A stretch of DNA of 64,000 nucleotides from Pocillopora damicornis (taxonomy: Eukaryota): positions 186,001-250,000 of the forward strand of contig NW_020847331.1 in assembly GCF_003704095.1 (NCBI RefSeq), given 5' to 3'. Within the stretch, counting starts at the first letter, position 1. Every line of letters begins with the position of its first letter. Position numbers and translations under genes: made by a program. Below the pieces are notes generated by a model that saw only the letters and a list, made by a program, of their open reading frames with translations, was not told the DNA's origin and ran no database searches. This document shows positions 1-12,617 of this stretch, piece after piece.

Positions 1-335
1 TCATTTTCAAGTGAATAGTAAGTATATCTCGATGAATATCTATATATATACGTGAAAGAAGTGTAAAATTTTTTGGAAGTGTAAACGGGCAATAAGAACC
101 TACAAAGAGGAGAATAATTAGAAGCTAATTAAAAACCTTTTCACGAGTTGAGTCCAAGTTTACACTTCCAAAAACTTTTACACTCCTTTCACGCATATAT
201 ATATATATATATTCATCGAGACATTCTTACTATTCAATTGAAAATGAACGATGTTTGGTCGAAACGTCGTGCTTTATCGTTCGTTTTTATTTTAGTGAAA
301 CTTTGAATACCATTGCTTTCAATATGATTTGAAGA
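1..335. mobile_element. Penelope-like element (PLE) terminal relic: inverted duplication (1-86 vs 158-247) followed by a minimal hammerhead-like motif (235-271)
   Basis: 1-86 is the near-perfect reverse complement of 158-247. The right arm runs into TTGAAAA-T-GAAC-GATGTTT-GGTC-GAAAC-GTC, which fits a minimal type I hammerhead core with U3:A8 covariation. Inverted terminal copies and minimal hammerheads are known PLE features. Confidence 0.55.
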
Positions 336-3300
336 AGGTGGTTATCTCGGTAAAGCACGTACCCGCCAGGGAATAATGTTAAAAAACAATGTCCCTCTTG
401 TTGCCCCATTATTTCCATTTAGAATAAACTGACTTCAAACAGAGTTTTCAGTGTGATTAATTATTAAATATTCTTCTCCTTTGTAACGATTTTTTAACTC
501 ATCGTTTAATTAAGAATTCACAAGCAATTTTTGACGAGGTAGACTTCAGGTAGAAGAAGTACCTCCCGGCAGATACGAAGCGTACGTTAGTATGTCTGAC
601 CTCATGCATGGCTTGCCACAATCATGATATTATACCTGGTCAAATGTTTACACTTTGCAAGATAGTAGGCAAAAAAATGGGACTATCGAGATTCTTGTGA
701 CCATTACTTTCTGATATTAAAACTCAGAGATAATTTTGCCGACTAAACCGTTGCTATGGTAGCACGATAGGTCAGATGGCTGGTCATTAGATGCAAAATA
801 TATCAGATAGGAATTCATTTGATACCAATGTTTCATAAAAACAGATAAAAAAAGTATTCATGGTGGTGTTGATTCAATAAACGAGCAGTGCTGTAAACAA
901 CTGAAAGCCACCTTAATCAGAGACAGGTCTTAGAAATCAGAAAACAAAACTAGATTCATTTCTTCGTTTGCAGTTTCTCTTCCTTATTGATACATGTAAT
1001 TTTTTTAATTACAAATATTCGCTAAATCCAGGTTAGATCGTTCAACATAGACTAATAGGCTCAAATACCTAATTTTCTATAGAAAGCCAAATAACTAACC
1101 TTGTTAGAATCCGTCTAATTTTTCTTTCCTCCCTTGAATTTCTTCATTTCGATGGGTTCCCATTTCTTTCTTGCAGTTCTTCTTGGAAAAAAAAGGGTTA
1201 ACATTGTTAACTATCGTTACAAAACATTTTTAGAGGCCTAAGCAGTCCTATGATGAGTTTTTGATGACAGACGATTGGTTTAAAAACAATTTTGGGGGAC
1301 AACAGATTTATTTCATTTATAGCACCAGTGTTTCACTACCAAAAGACACACTGAGAGCAGTAGCTTTAGTTCATGAGCTGAGCAATAGCAATGTAAACTA
1401 CGGCAAGTTACCTTGATAAGACGAACATCAAAGAGTTCAGAAATTGAATAAAATGACCAGCTTTGATTTTCTTTTGTTGTTTCTCTATTTTTCAGCTTTA
1501 GTGGCTTGTCATCATTATAAAGATTTACAAGATGAGATGAGTAAAATAATTATAAAACTTAAAAACCAACCTTGTCCGATGTTATCCCGTGATCTTCTTG
1601 ATTTCGATACTTTTTCATCCTATGTTTGATGCTAAAAAAGTGAATACCATAAGAATACATGTAAACCTTTCGTAAGGCGAGCTCTTTGTTCATGAAAACT
1701 AAGCTAAACTAGTATATATAAATACGTGGAACCCTCATATTTGATGCAGAATTAAGGGAGAAAAACAGTTTTCTGTTCGAAAAAAAAATTATCATACAAT
1801 CTACGAGTCTAAAGTAATGAGGTGCCGTTATGTTAAGCAGCACAAGGACTGGTTTAAAACGAGATTCTAGATAAACATCTGTCTTTGCATATGAGATCGA
1901 TTCGTTCAGATGAAATGGCCAGGAGAATAAGAACCCACAATATGCCAATACATATCGGGCTACTCCAAAGTATTAAGACAGGTTCCTCTGATAGTACAAA
2001 TAAGTATAGGCAATAACATGACTTCGAGAGCAATTTAGTGTTAACGAGTAAATTTTTCAAAGACAACAAAATTGGACGAACCCCGTAAGGCAAGTGCAAT
2101 ATGAAGCCTTTGGAAAATTTACAAATGCTTAGTACACCAAATTGCAAGAGAAATCATGATATTACTTGTTAATAATGTACACTCAAAAACATCACAGAAA
2201 GTCACTACAGACTAAATATTTAAAGCGTGCGCGCGCTATTTGTAATTTTGACTCGTTTTACAATGTTGCGCTCGTGTTACATGAGAATGTACTTGTTTTC
2301 AGCCGATCAGAAGCGCGTAATTTTCTCAAGTACATTATTATAGTAAGTACTGCCATCTGCAGTTTCAGCATGAAAGATGGGAATCAGTCCTCTGATATCC
2401 AGAAAACAAGATTCAGTATTACATACAAAACATATTAACCGTTACTCTCTACTTTCTTCAGCGTGATTAAAAGGGAAATAACAAGCGCGTTTAAAACAAA
2501 CTTAATGTTACAACACTAGAAGCATAAAAATTGTGTATAGTTTGACAAATAAATACAGAAATGAAATGGACAATAAGGAAACAAGTGATAAGTGCGAAAA
2601 GAATAACGAACGAATTTCTCGGCATCCCATGAAAGACACGAGCAAGGAACTGTCATGGCGACTGACATTGAGTATTTGTCTTATCCTGTGCTATGCGATC
2701 TTGCCCTCCCTTCTTACATTCGAATAAGTAAATGAATTTTACTCTAGAAACAACGAAAAACACGAGCACTGCAATTCCATCAAAATATATCTGTACGTAG
2801 GTTATTTACCTGAAGAAAAGTCTGGACAAAATCAAAGTCATGAATCCTCGACGACGATCAAATGTTAACCCCGCGATTCAGCAAATGAAACACTCGCTGA
2901 CCTTGACAGAACTGACGATATCCAAGGTAATAAGGTAAAAAAATGGGTCTCCTGAATCCATAAAAGCTGGAAAAGACGCTGAAATTTCTTACAGCTCGTA
3001 AGCTTCTTCCACGTGCAAGACTGAGCGAAAATATGAATATTAATTTTACAATATTTGTAATTCAAATTAGTTTTCTGCTTTAAACGGCGGATTCATAATA
3101 ATCGACTCTAAGCTTCTCGGTTAGTCTCGTTCCACCGAGAAGGAAAAAGGATTTCAAGCTGAAGCCTGAATTTTATCCTAGTAAAGTCCAATAGGGAGGT
3201 GCAACCATTCTTAAATTGTAATTTTAGAAATGTTTACTCGAACCCAGACGATTCTTGTATGATCACAGTCCAAATACTTCAATGAAAAGGTTCTAGAAAA

Positions 3301-4235
3301 TTTGCTCCCTTCTCCTTTTCTCTTTGTCACCATACCTATAAACAGTAACCTTTTTTCTTTCTCATAAGGAGAAAGAAGACGATTTGGTAAAAAAATCCAA
3401 AAGAAAATTTAGGACACGTACTGGAATTTAGCGCGGCGCCGAACTCTGTTCGAGCTCTTAGCGTTCGCAAGTTAAATCCACTACACTACCCGACCTCATG
3501 CCGTTTTTTACATATTTTTTTAAAGAACATTTTGTAGCTAAGGCTCACCATTAGAAGCAAGATGTGACCTCTTTAAAATTAAACAGGTTCCTTGGTAGCT
3601 AGATGACATGAAAAGTGAACAAACGGAAAACACAGAGAAACGCAGGGGAGGTGAATTAAGCTGACTTAAAGACTGATTCAACTTTTATTTTCTGACTTTA
3701 TCGCAACATTATTATCGACCTGTTTCTCAACCTTGAAGCGGAGGGAACAAGACGCCCCTTATAACATAACCGTGAGAAAATGAGAGGGAGATGGTGACAG
3801 GGTGACTGTCACATTTCATTCTTAAATGGAAGCCAAAGAGAAAAAAGAAGCAGAAGAATTTCTCTTCTGTTATTTAGCTGTTCCAAACTTCTCTTACATC
3901 TACGCAAGTATAAGAATTAAAATAAGCGAATTAATCTTGAACATTGCCTTTTGCTTTTGCCGTAGAAATTATAGTTGTACAGAAGATGGGACTCATTTGC
4001 GTACGCATTGCGTGCCTACATTTATTTCATTTATTTCTTTATGTTTATAATTTGAGTAAAAACTTTACGCATCAGCTTGCCCTTAAGTTATATGATCGTG
4101 GGATGAATCAAATATTTTAATGAGAGGAAAATTTTTACGCCCATCATTTTGGGAATAAAAGGGTTTTGTGGAACTCATCGTGGAAGCATAGCTATTATCA
4201 CGTTTCTTTTATTTAATTGGGGGTGAAGTGAAAGG

Positions 4236-4349
4236 CGAAATGACGACTGAAGGACGAAATGACGACTGAAGGACGAAATGACGACTGAAGGGCGAAATGA
4301 CGACTGAAGGACGAAATGACGACTGAAGGACGAAATGACGACTGAAGGG
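4236..4349. repeat. 19-bp minisatellite, 6 units of CGAAATGACGACTGAAGG(A/G)
   Basis: Six contiguous units read directly. The last base runs A,A,G,A,A,G, i.e. a 57-bp trimer repeated twice. Confidence 0.95.
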
Positions 4350-5062
4350 CGATAAAGGGTGAGATTTCCGATACAAACCGACGAGTGACGTATCGTTTTC
4401 CGCACTCGTGAAAAATGGGCACTATCCGATTGGCTCTCGGCTTTTTCGATCAGCTTGGGAATGAAAATTTATTTTGCGCCTTTACGGTGTGTAAATCTCA
4501 GTGGGTATATAGGTGTAATTGTAAACAATAGGCCGAAAAGAGCAGAAACACATTATCTTGTTCTGTGTTAATTGAGGTTTTTTTTTATTATTTTTACAAC
4601 TTGAGGACAGAAATGACTTTCTTCTAGGAACGTTTCCAGAGGAAAAAATAAACAGCAATAGATAAGCTGCTTCTCTTGGCCCGGCCTCTTGATTTGAAAT
4701 CCGGGTCACTCGTCTGATTTTCTTCGCCTCTTCTTTTGGAATGAGTTTAATTTACAACTTTGACTTTGCTGTTAGAGTATTCTTAAATTATAGTCTATAT
4801 ATTCTTGGCCTTATTCAGAACCCTGGTCTATTGTTACTTAAACGCTATGTGCCTCTATTGCTGGATTACAGAAATGTTTTTCGGCAAAGGGGCCCGCTGA
4901 CTCTCTAGTTCTTTCATTCCCATTGTTGTTGTCACAGTGCTTAACTGGAACCTTAAAGGAACATTCTTGTGTGATAGATTATGTGGGAGGGCACGGGTCA
5001 CGGAAAACCATAACGCATCCTTACCCTTGGTAGAAACAGCTGTCGTAATTCAGTCGTATTCT

Positions 5063-5070
5063 TATAAATA
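5063..5070 (+). promoter_or_regulatory. Possible TATA box upstream of a putative non-coding first exon of CAP gene 1
   Basis: TATAAATA followed by a CpG-rich ~190 nt stretch ending at a possible donor (AAA|GTAAAT, ~5260). The ATG at 7834 is preceded by candidate acceptors. No transcript support. Confidence 0.2.
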
Positions 5071-5424
5071 AAGCTATCAAACATGTCAAATGACCCGTTT
5101 GTCCGGATCTCCGCGCGCAATTCCGCAGTGAAAGCTGACGTGTGCAGTGCAGAACGGGATGACGCGAGCCAGTTCGAAAGAAAACCACTCACATTGCGCT
5201 CAAACGGCTCTTTTGACTATTCCGAGAACGTGAATTGAAATCGCGGACTCCAACCAAAAGTAAATGGGAAATTATGACGAAGGAGAAAAAGGAAAAGTTT
5301 TTTTCTGATAATCAATTTCGTATTTCTCCAATGTGCGCCCTTCTTTAATATGCTAGTATTTGCTCTATAGGTTGAAACGAAATTTTCTAAATTTTTAGCA
5401 CCTAGTATTCATTTGATTAATTGC

Positions 5425-5565
5425 TTATTGATCACTGCGGTCGGGCCGAACAGGAAAAAATATGGCTTCCTTCTGTGACGTAGGTACCTCCTTGCGCTCG
5501 GTCCATTTAGACCTCGCACCAAAGATTTCCCGTCCGGCCCTTCGTCTCAGTCAATAAGTAAATAT
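5425..5565 (+). repeat. Short interspersed repeat, related copy at 34448-34570
   Basis: Shared blocks GAACAGGAAAA...TGCGCTC(G/A)GTCC...CCTCG...CCAAA(G/T)AT...TTCCC(G/T)TCCGGC...TCAATAAGTA occur in both places. Confidence 0.55.
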
Positions 5566-7833
5566 TATTTACGTCGAGCGGTAACTATAGATTTTGGTGC
5601 TAGTATTTTCTGTACTTTCCTTGGTAACTAAAGTTACGTGGTGGTAACAAATGTGGAAAATAAAATGTGAGGAGTACTCCAGGGGTGGAAGTTCCTGTGA
5701 ATTTTTTCCTACTGACAGAGGTTAACCACAAAGTAAGGCCCAGGGCATTTGAAACATGGATTAAAAGACCATGTAGTCTTGAACATGGGCCCAGAATACA
5801 TGTTAACTAATTTATGCAAATTCAACCCGCTTTGGTTATTATAAGTAGCTAGTCATTGTGCTCCTGAGGACCAGTCTGAATACAGCACTTGTTCGGACAC
5901 GAGGAAGTCTACAGTTTCACGGCCAGTTGGAAAAAAAGAAACATTCTAAGAGGTATCTAAACTGCTTTGTTCTTATCTACTCTCGTTGAAATTTTTCAAA
6001 TCAGTCTCTTAGTATATAGGAGATCCTTTTGGTTGAGGTAGGCCGTATAGAGTTTATTTTGTTTATCAGCCACATGTCTTCAAAACAATCAACGCTTGAT
6101 AGTACGTCGTCACAATGAATTTTCTTTGACTACTCTCGATTCAGTTGCAGACAGGAAAACCGCAAGACATTCGTCAAATTGTGTTTTTTTGTTCGTCTTC
6201 GGAATCTTAAATTGATATTACCTAGAGCTCTAGGTAGTATGATCGCCCAGATTCGATTCTTAAAAAAATTGTAAACATCGTCCATATGCATGCATAAAGC
6301 GGCTAGAAAATAAAAACTTGCAACTGCTATCGCAAAAGAAAAAAAGCAGTCTGACGTTTTCAAAAATGTGACAAAATTTCAATCAGTTACCCAGACAAAA
6401 TGTTACAGTTTTCTAAATAAAATAGTCGACGTCGGTTTTAGAAAGCGAAAACTCCTAAAAATATACTTCATCCATCAAATTTGCATATTGTCTCCCCACA
6501 GTCTAATGGAAAAAACTTTGTCCCTGTAAGAGCCTTAACTTTGACCTTGCCCTTGCAGAGCACTTAGGAAAAAAAACATTACATTAAAATACGTCAATAC
6601 TGTCGGACAAGGAACGCTATGATAAAGATCGTTATAAATGGGTAAGCCTTGAACGGAAAATGTAATATTCATGTAGTTTCTGATATGGATAAATAATGAC
6701 TTAAGTGTACGTCCACAATATTAAACAAAATACTTTGCTCTTCACGGCAGAAATATGTTAAGCAATTCTTAATATGCTTTTCTCACGGCTCTACCATTAT
6801 GTGATGACGGCCGACTTTAATGGGACCCGTTAGCAAAATGTCGATCGTCTTAAAAATAATTACCTGAAGGGACAATTTTTCACCTGGTCTTTTTATAAAG
6901 ACACGTGCCAATCACACACAAAGTCATCGGAAAAACTAATACGCATAATGAAAACTAAAAAGAAGATAAAAGTAAATATACAGCGTGTTTGAATTAATTT
7001 TCTACAAGTTTTTGGCTGATATTCCAATGAAAGGATTTAGTTTCTACGGAGTCCGTCTTTCGTTTGTAATCCATTATTGGCGACCTCGTCGGGGTCAACA
7101 TTCTAAAATAAATTGATGTATTTATTCTTTTGCTCGTTCCTCGTAATTTTTCATTGTAAAAATCTATATTGGAAAACTTCAAGTGTGAATCAACCAAACT
7201 GGCGTTCAAATATTAGAAAGACGATTTGTAAATATTGAAACAATTTCCGAAACACATATTAAGACCATTTCATTTAGCTGTCTTTTACTCGTTCTTAGAG
7301 CATTCTAATAAAGGAAAATTTAGAGTGATTCTTTCACCATTGCATTGTAATTTATGTATCAGGTGTTATGCGAAAGAGCATAATCTGAATTTCGTTTTCA
7401 TTTGCTTATTTGCAGCCCTCGAGCACTTTGAAACTGCTCCACTGACAAGTCACTCGATAGTTCCTATGAAAGACTACGTCATTTGCTAAAAATTCACCCT
7501 CTCGAAGTTTCTTTTACTTTGCGTTACATTTTTCCCGATTCCATACCAGTCTCTCAATTTTTTTTTAAAGTGAGTATTTTTTTGATACAAATGCTTCGGG
7601 AATACTTTCGCAATAAACAACACCACTCTTGGTTATTTTGACGTTGACATGCATGATGGCTATTGCGGGCATTGCTGGCTGATCTTTCTATATTATATGT
7701 CGTATTGAAGGTTAAAACCATCATGTGCTAATCACTTGACAGTTTGCAAATTTTTCGACGCGACACAGTCAAGCGATTCATTTTCAATTCGACTAGCTTA
7801 TTGATATTTTCAGTTTCAGTGTAAAACAGTGAT

Positions 7834-10800
7834 ATGGATTCTTTCGGAAAAGAAGCTTTGGAAGCTCATAATAAATTTCGCGCAGCTCACCAAGTGCCAC
7901 CGCTGACATGGTCTACCGCCTTGGCGCGAGATGCTGAGGTTTGGGCAAAGAAAATCGCAAAAAAAGGTCGCCTTGAACACGATGACACAAAAGACGGAGA
8001 AAATGTATTTATGGTGTTTGGACGCGAAATTGACGGCACCGATGCTGTAAACAGTTGGTACAGCGAAGTCAAGGATTATGACTTTAGTAAACCTGGGTTT
8101 CAGTCAAACACCGGTCACTTTACGCAGGTTGTGTGGAAGGGCAGTAAAGAGCTGGGCATTGGTAGAGCTAAGAGTGTCGATGGTAAAGAGTTTGTCGTCG
8201 GTCGTTACAGGCCAGCAGGAAACATGATGAGGGCCTTCGCGGAGAACGTTTTCCCGTCCAAAGTACGTGACACTTATGAGTGCTTCGAGCGTTTGATTCA
8301 GAAATTTTTTGTTTTGCTGCTTTGTTTAAAGTTTTTTGATATTGCATTAAGTAGTCTTTTATCAGGCGTTCCCTCTTTTAGCGCACCGACATGGTGGCGC
8401 ATCTCTTTGTTAAGGGTCTCGTGAGAGAGTGCTGTATATTGTTGCTTTTCGCCGAACGCCAATTGTACGTTGTGCCGAATAATGTGTGTTGTTGTTGCAG
8501 GATGGGCCTGTCACAATTCCTGAGAGGGAATCAGCATCTAAAAAGGGTTCTGTGCCTGTGTACCAGCGGCAGAAACATGAGGAAAGACCACCGAGAGGAG
8601 TGGAGACGCGGACAGAGGAAAAAGTAATGCAATAAATTTTTATCTAAATTTAACATAGAATTCAATACCATATACATACATGAGTTTTGTTATTCGCTAT
8701 ATAAATTCTTGATTCTGAAATTTTCAGATTTCAAGGTAGTTATCTTTCCTTACCATTACAAGTTGAATTTCATTCACGCCAGTACTCTATAATCAAAGAC
8801 ATTTGGATAAAAGTACTCTTAGAATCTACACGAATTATCAAATTACAATAGAATGATCTGAAAAAAGACATCCTTGTCAAAAAATACACAAATAAATAAG
8901 CCACACATGGCTCAAGAAAGCTTTTCCAGTAGTTGACTGTTTTTGGACGCATTTTTTATCACAGACCATTACGCTTCCAGATGGTACAAAGAAGACTGTT
9001 GTGTCCACCGTAACTGTGACCTTAAAAGGAAATGGTAAGAGTGAATCACTAAAACTATGGATTTAGCTCTTGGGTTTCTGCGACATGTTTTTCTTGCCTC
9101 AAGGATCACAGAAGATCTATGTGGAGATCTATGTCAATGTCATCTTTTTCAAATGACATTGCATATAGTGGCTATTTTGTGGCTAATTTTTTTTTCTTGT
9201 TAAGATCGAGGTGGCTATTCTAAGGAAACCGTGACAACAGTATCGGGTGAGGAGTTCAGAAACTAATTAATTCTTCAAGATCATTAGATGAAGTAGCTGA
9301 AATGCAGAACTAGTGGGCTAATTAAACATTAAAAGATAGTGCATAAGATTTTGATATTGGACAATTGTCTTGCCCAAAGTAATCATTAACAAGAAAGAAG
9401 AGCGAACTTGGCTTCTGCTTGCATGTTTATTTTACCTATCGCTAATCCTAGAAACGCTGCGTTCTTATTAAGTCACGAACGCCTGAAGCAAGCTACAAGT
9501 ACTCACCACACGCTGCGTCTACTATTAATACCTTTTTTACAAAATAGGTGTAATCGACTTGCACTATCTTGAACGAAACCTATCATGGACAAATCCACGA
9601 TACAATATTCATGAAACTTACACCATTCAATGACTTTCATCAAAAGTCTTTTCTTAGTCATACTACATCGTAATATTACAAACTTGACTGGAGCAGAGGA
9701 AAGTGAAGTGTTTGTGAAAAAAAGATTAATTGCCCGTGGGAAAAAGATATAAATGGCTGAGCAAAAGATTTCAGACCACAAGAATGCTTAACATGTAAAA
9801 AAAACTTGGCTCTTCCACTTTAACGGATCACTTACTTATTCGCAGCTGTTGCCACCTGAAGCTTGTGATTTAGAGCTGCACGCACACACATGAGAAACAC
9901 ATAAAAAGAAAGTCCAGATACAAATCCGGTTTCCCAATCATTCATACATAAACAATTATAAAATATTTTTCTTTCTTCTCGTAACAAATCGCAGAGACCA
10001 GAAAACAAGACAAGTTTGCTCGAGACATGAGAACAGCACTTCCTCAAGGTTGTAACNNNNNNNNNNNNNNNNNNNNNNNNNNNNNNNNNNNNNNNNNNNN
10101 NNNNNNNNNNNNNNNNNNNNNNNNNNNNNNNNNNNNNNNNNNNNNNNNNNNNNNNNNNNNNNNNNNNNNNNNNNNNNNNNNNNNNNNNNNNNNNNNNNNN
10201 NNNNNNNNNNNNNNNNNNNNNNNNNNNNNNNNNNNNNNNNNNNNNNNNNNNNNNNNNNNNNNNNNNNNNNNNNNNNNNNNNNNNNNNNNNNNNNNNNNNN
10301 NNNNNNNNNNNNNNNNNNNNNNNNNNNNNNNNNNNNNNNNNNNNNNNNNNNNNNNNNNNNNNNNNNNNNNNNNNNNNNNNNNNNNNNNNNNNNNNNNNNN
10401 NNNNNACTGACTCACTCATCCAATCACCCACTAATTGTTCTATTACCCTAAGTTGAGCTTGGAGTGCGGTTGCAAATGAATACATATATTTGTGTTTTCA
10501 TGCAGATTCTCCGCCTACTCAAGATCCAAAGCCTTCTAAGAGTTGTTCAACTGCAGGTAAAGACATTTAATTGTGTTGACAATTTCTGACACAAATCTGT
10601 ACAGTGTAAATTATTCCGATATCATTTTCCTTTATGCTGAGTGTAACTAGCTTTTTTACCCAATTTACTCAAGGAAACATATCTCAATAAAAAATTATTC
10701 ACTTCTGATGAAAAGGAGTAGTGCATCCGGCTTAAACCGCGGACTCACCAAAGGTGTTTATTTTTGAGAAAAATTGTACAGATGAATCACTCCTTGGGTA

Positions 10801-11556
10801 AACCATAATCCTCTGTGGTGCGGAATGAGAGTCTTACTTAGAGGGTCTCAGTGAGGTAAACCATTGGCCGTAAAATAGCAAAAAATTTAGCCGTTAGCCG
10901 AAAAAATTGAAAAGGTTTTTCGTTTAAATGTAACAGAAAAGAGGGAAAATAGCCAAAATTTAAACCGTTAGCCATAAAGACACTCTACTTAATTTTGTTT
11001 ATTCCAATCTTTGCCATGAAAACTCGGTTTGTATGTTTATAAATTGAGAGCACGTCTTAGTCTTATCTTCTTTCTTTAAGGAGGACCGAAAGCCCCCAGC
11101 TCTGTGTCACAAACGGGTTTTGCAAAACAGGCCCTTGATGCTCACAACAAATACCGCACCAAGCATAAAGTGTCACCACTGACGTGGTCGGACGAGATTG
11201 CAAAGGAAGCACAGGCCTGGGCCGAGAAATTGGCACGTGCACGTAAACTGCAGCACGCTACGCAAAAGGAACGTAAAGGATATGGTGAGAACATCGCCAT
11301 GTTCTCTGGCAGGTTTGAAACAGCTGCTGATGAAGCGACAAACATGTGGTACAGTGAAGTCAAAGACTACAGATTCGATAAACCTGGTTTCCAAGGCAAC
11401 ACTGGGCATTTCACGCAAGTGGTGTGGAAGGAGAGTAATGAGTTGGGAATGGGTAGGGCCCAGACCGCTGACGGGAAGCTTACGTACGTGGTGGCAAGGT
11501 ACAATCCTGCAGGAAATTTGCTCAATCATTTCCAAGAAAATGTTTTTAAGGGATGA
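7834..11556 (+). CDS. GLIPR2-like: Tandem double CAP/SCP-domain protein 1 (GAPR-1/GLIPR2-like), ~382 aa, 5 coding exons
   Basis: join(7834..8262,8501..8623,8965..9034,10506..10556,11081..11556). All introns are GT-AG with matching phases 0,0,1,1 and an open frame. Both domains have [19 protein letters not shown] and RY.PAGN motifs. No signal peptide. The gap at 10057-10406 could hide another exon. Confidence 0.88.
10841..10985. mobile_element. Small MITE-like element in an intron of CAP gene 1
   Basis: Imperfect TIR GAGGGTCT...AGACACTC flanked on both sides by the direct repeat TACTTA (10835-10840, 10986-10991). Internal CCGTTAGCC repeats. Confidence 0.5.
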
Positions 11557-12418
11557 GAAGAGAAAAATTTAATTTTAAAGTGCATAGCATTTGTAGATCA
11601 TCATTGCCGATCATCGGGGTAAAAGTAATAAAAAAAAAACAACAAAACGATCAAGCAAAGAGGAGCAAGAATAGCTATAAAGGATAAATAGAAAGATAAA
11701 TTTTTAGACAAAGCCACCAACTTGGTGCTTATTCTCTGTATGCTGATAATAGATATTGGGATAATTAAAATGATATTATGAAGCTATCATTTTAACAAGA
11801 AATGGGTTTTTACTTAATCATTGTAATGTGGGAATTAAGAACATAATAATAGCCACAATTTAAATTAATCTGAAAAGGTACAGTCTTTCCATAATAATGA
11901 AATGAAAAATCCTTGAATAATGGAGGTATAACTCTTAAAAAATAGATTTTCTACCCTTATGCTCAATCAGTTTATCATGGCTCATTCTTATAAACGATAA
12001 TATGAAGTTATATATGTTATATGTTTTAATCAGTAATAATGCCAAAAGGGGTGAAAATGCGAGGAAATGAATTAAGGGCAAATACACTTTCCTGGGAAGA
12101 ACATGAGCTTTACCGGAATTCATTAAGGACCAAAAATTCATTTAAAATCTTTGTGGCTGTGTTATGGCATTAGCCATAAGTTATACCTATAGGAACTTTT
12201 GAAATAATGACAGATTTAATCAATAAAATACTCAGGGAGTTAGTTTACTTTTGTACTGGAGTGAAGGAGAAAATAAACTGCAGACTGAAATTTGTACGAG
12301 TTTGAACATCACTTTGTGTGAATTTTTCGAAACAGAGTTCTATTTTTTTAAATACAGCCGACGAGAATTTTTGAGAACAACCATCTTCACCCTCCGATTA
12401 AGCTTTACAAGTTGAAAT

Positions 12419-12617
12419 GAGACCCTCTTACACCCTAATATCATCATGCATTTTCTCCACACTGTTCTAAGTATGCATTCCCTATGAAAGTGACTGAGAG
12501 AATTTGTTTAACAGTCAAGAGCTTCCTTAGATGGCGATCTTTCTCTCTGTTCTCACGACCTGGGATACTGTTAGGGGAAATTTAGATGCGAGTCGCTCTA
12601 AGGGAGTGAAGGATTAA
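12419..12617. mobile_element. Degenerate piggyBac-type MITE (TTAA-CCC...GGG-TTAA family)
   Basis: Ends GACCCTCTTACACCC...GGGAGTGAAGGATTAA, ~200 bp. Internal similarity to the copies at 52.6 kb and 21.9 kb. Confidence 0.55.

Noticed and set aside
336-916. Kolobok-like element (AGGTGG...CCACCT-TAA)
   Set aside because: The inverted match is short and the left end lacks the TTAA target site.
1444-1629. Possible terminal exon of an upstream gene (TTTTCAG|..ALVACHHYKDLQDEM..)
   Set aside because: The acceptor is plausible, but there is no recognisable domain or partner exon in the window.
3430-3495. tRNA-like relic on the minus strand (GGTAGTGTAGTGG...GAGTTCGGCGCC)
   Set aside because: Too degenerate to support a call.
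4236-4349. CRISPR-like array
   Set aside because: The units are contiguous with no unique spacers, there are no cas genes, and the context is eukaryotic. The ORFs 4175-4405 and 4213-4422 are just translations of the repeat.
8263-8424. Hydrophobic C-terminal extension on the first CAP ORF (possible membrane anchor)
   Set aside because: It is read-through into an intron. A phase-0 donor at 8263 matches the paralog's donor at 16679.
9832-10485. Long ORFs spanning N runs (also 17616-18169, 36504-37267, 40657-41198)
   Set aside because: They are artefacts of translating assembly gaps.
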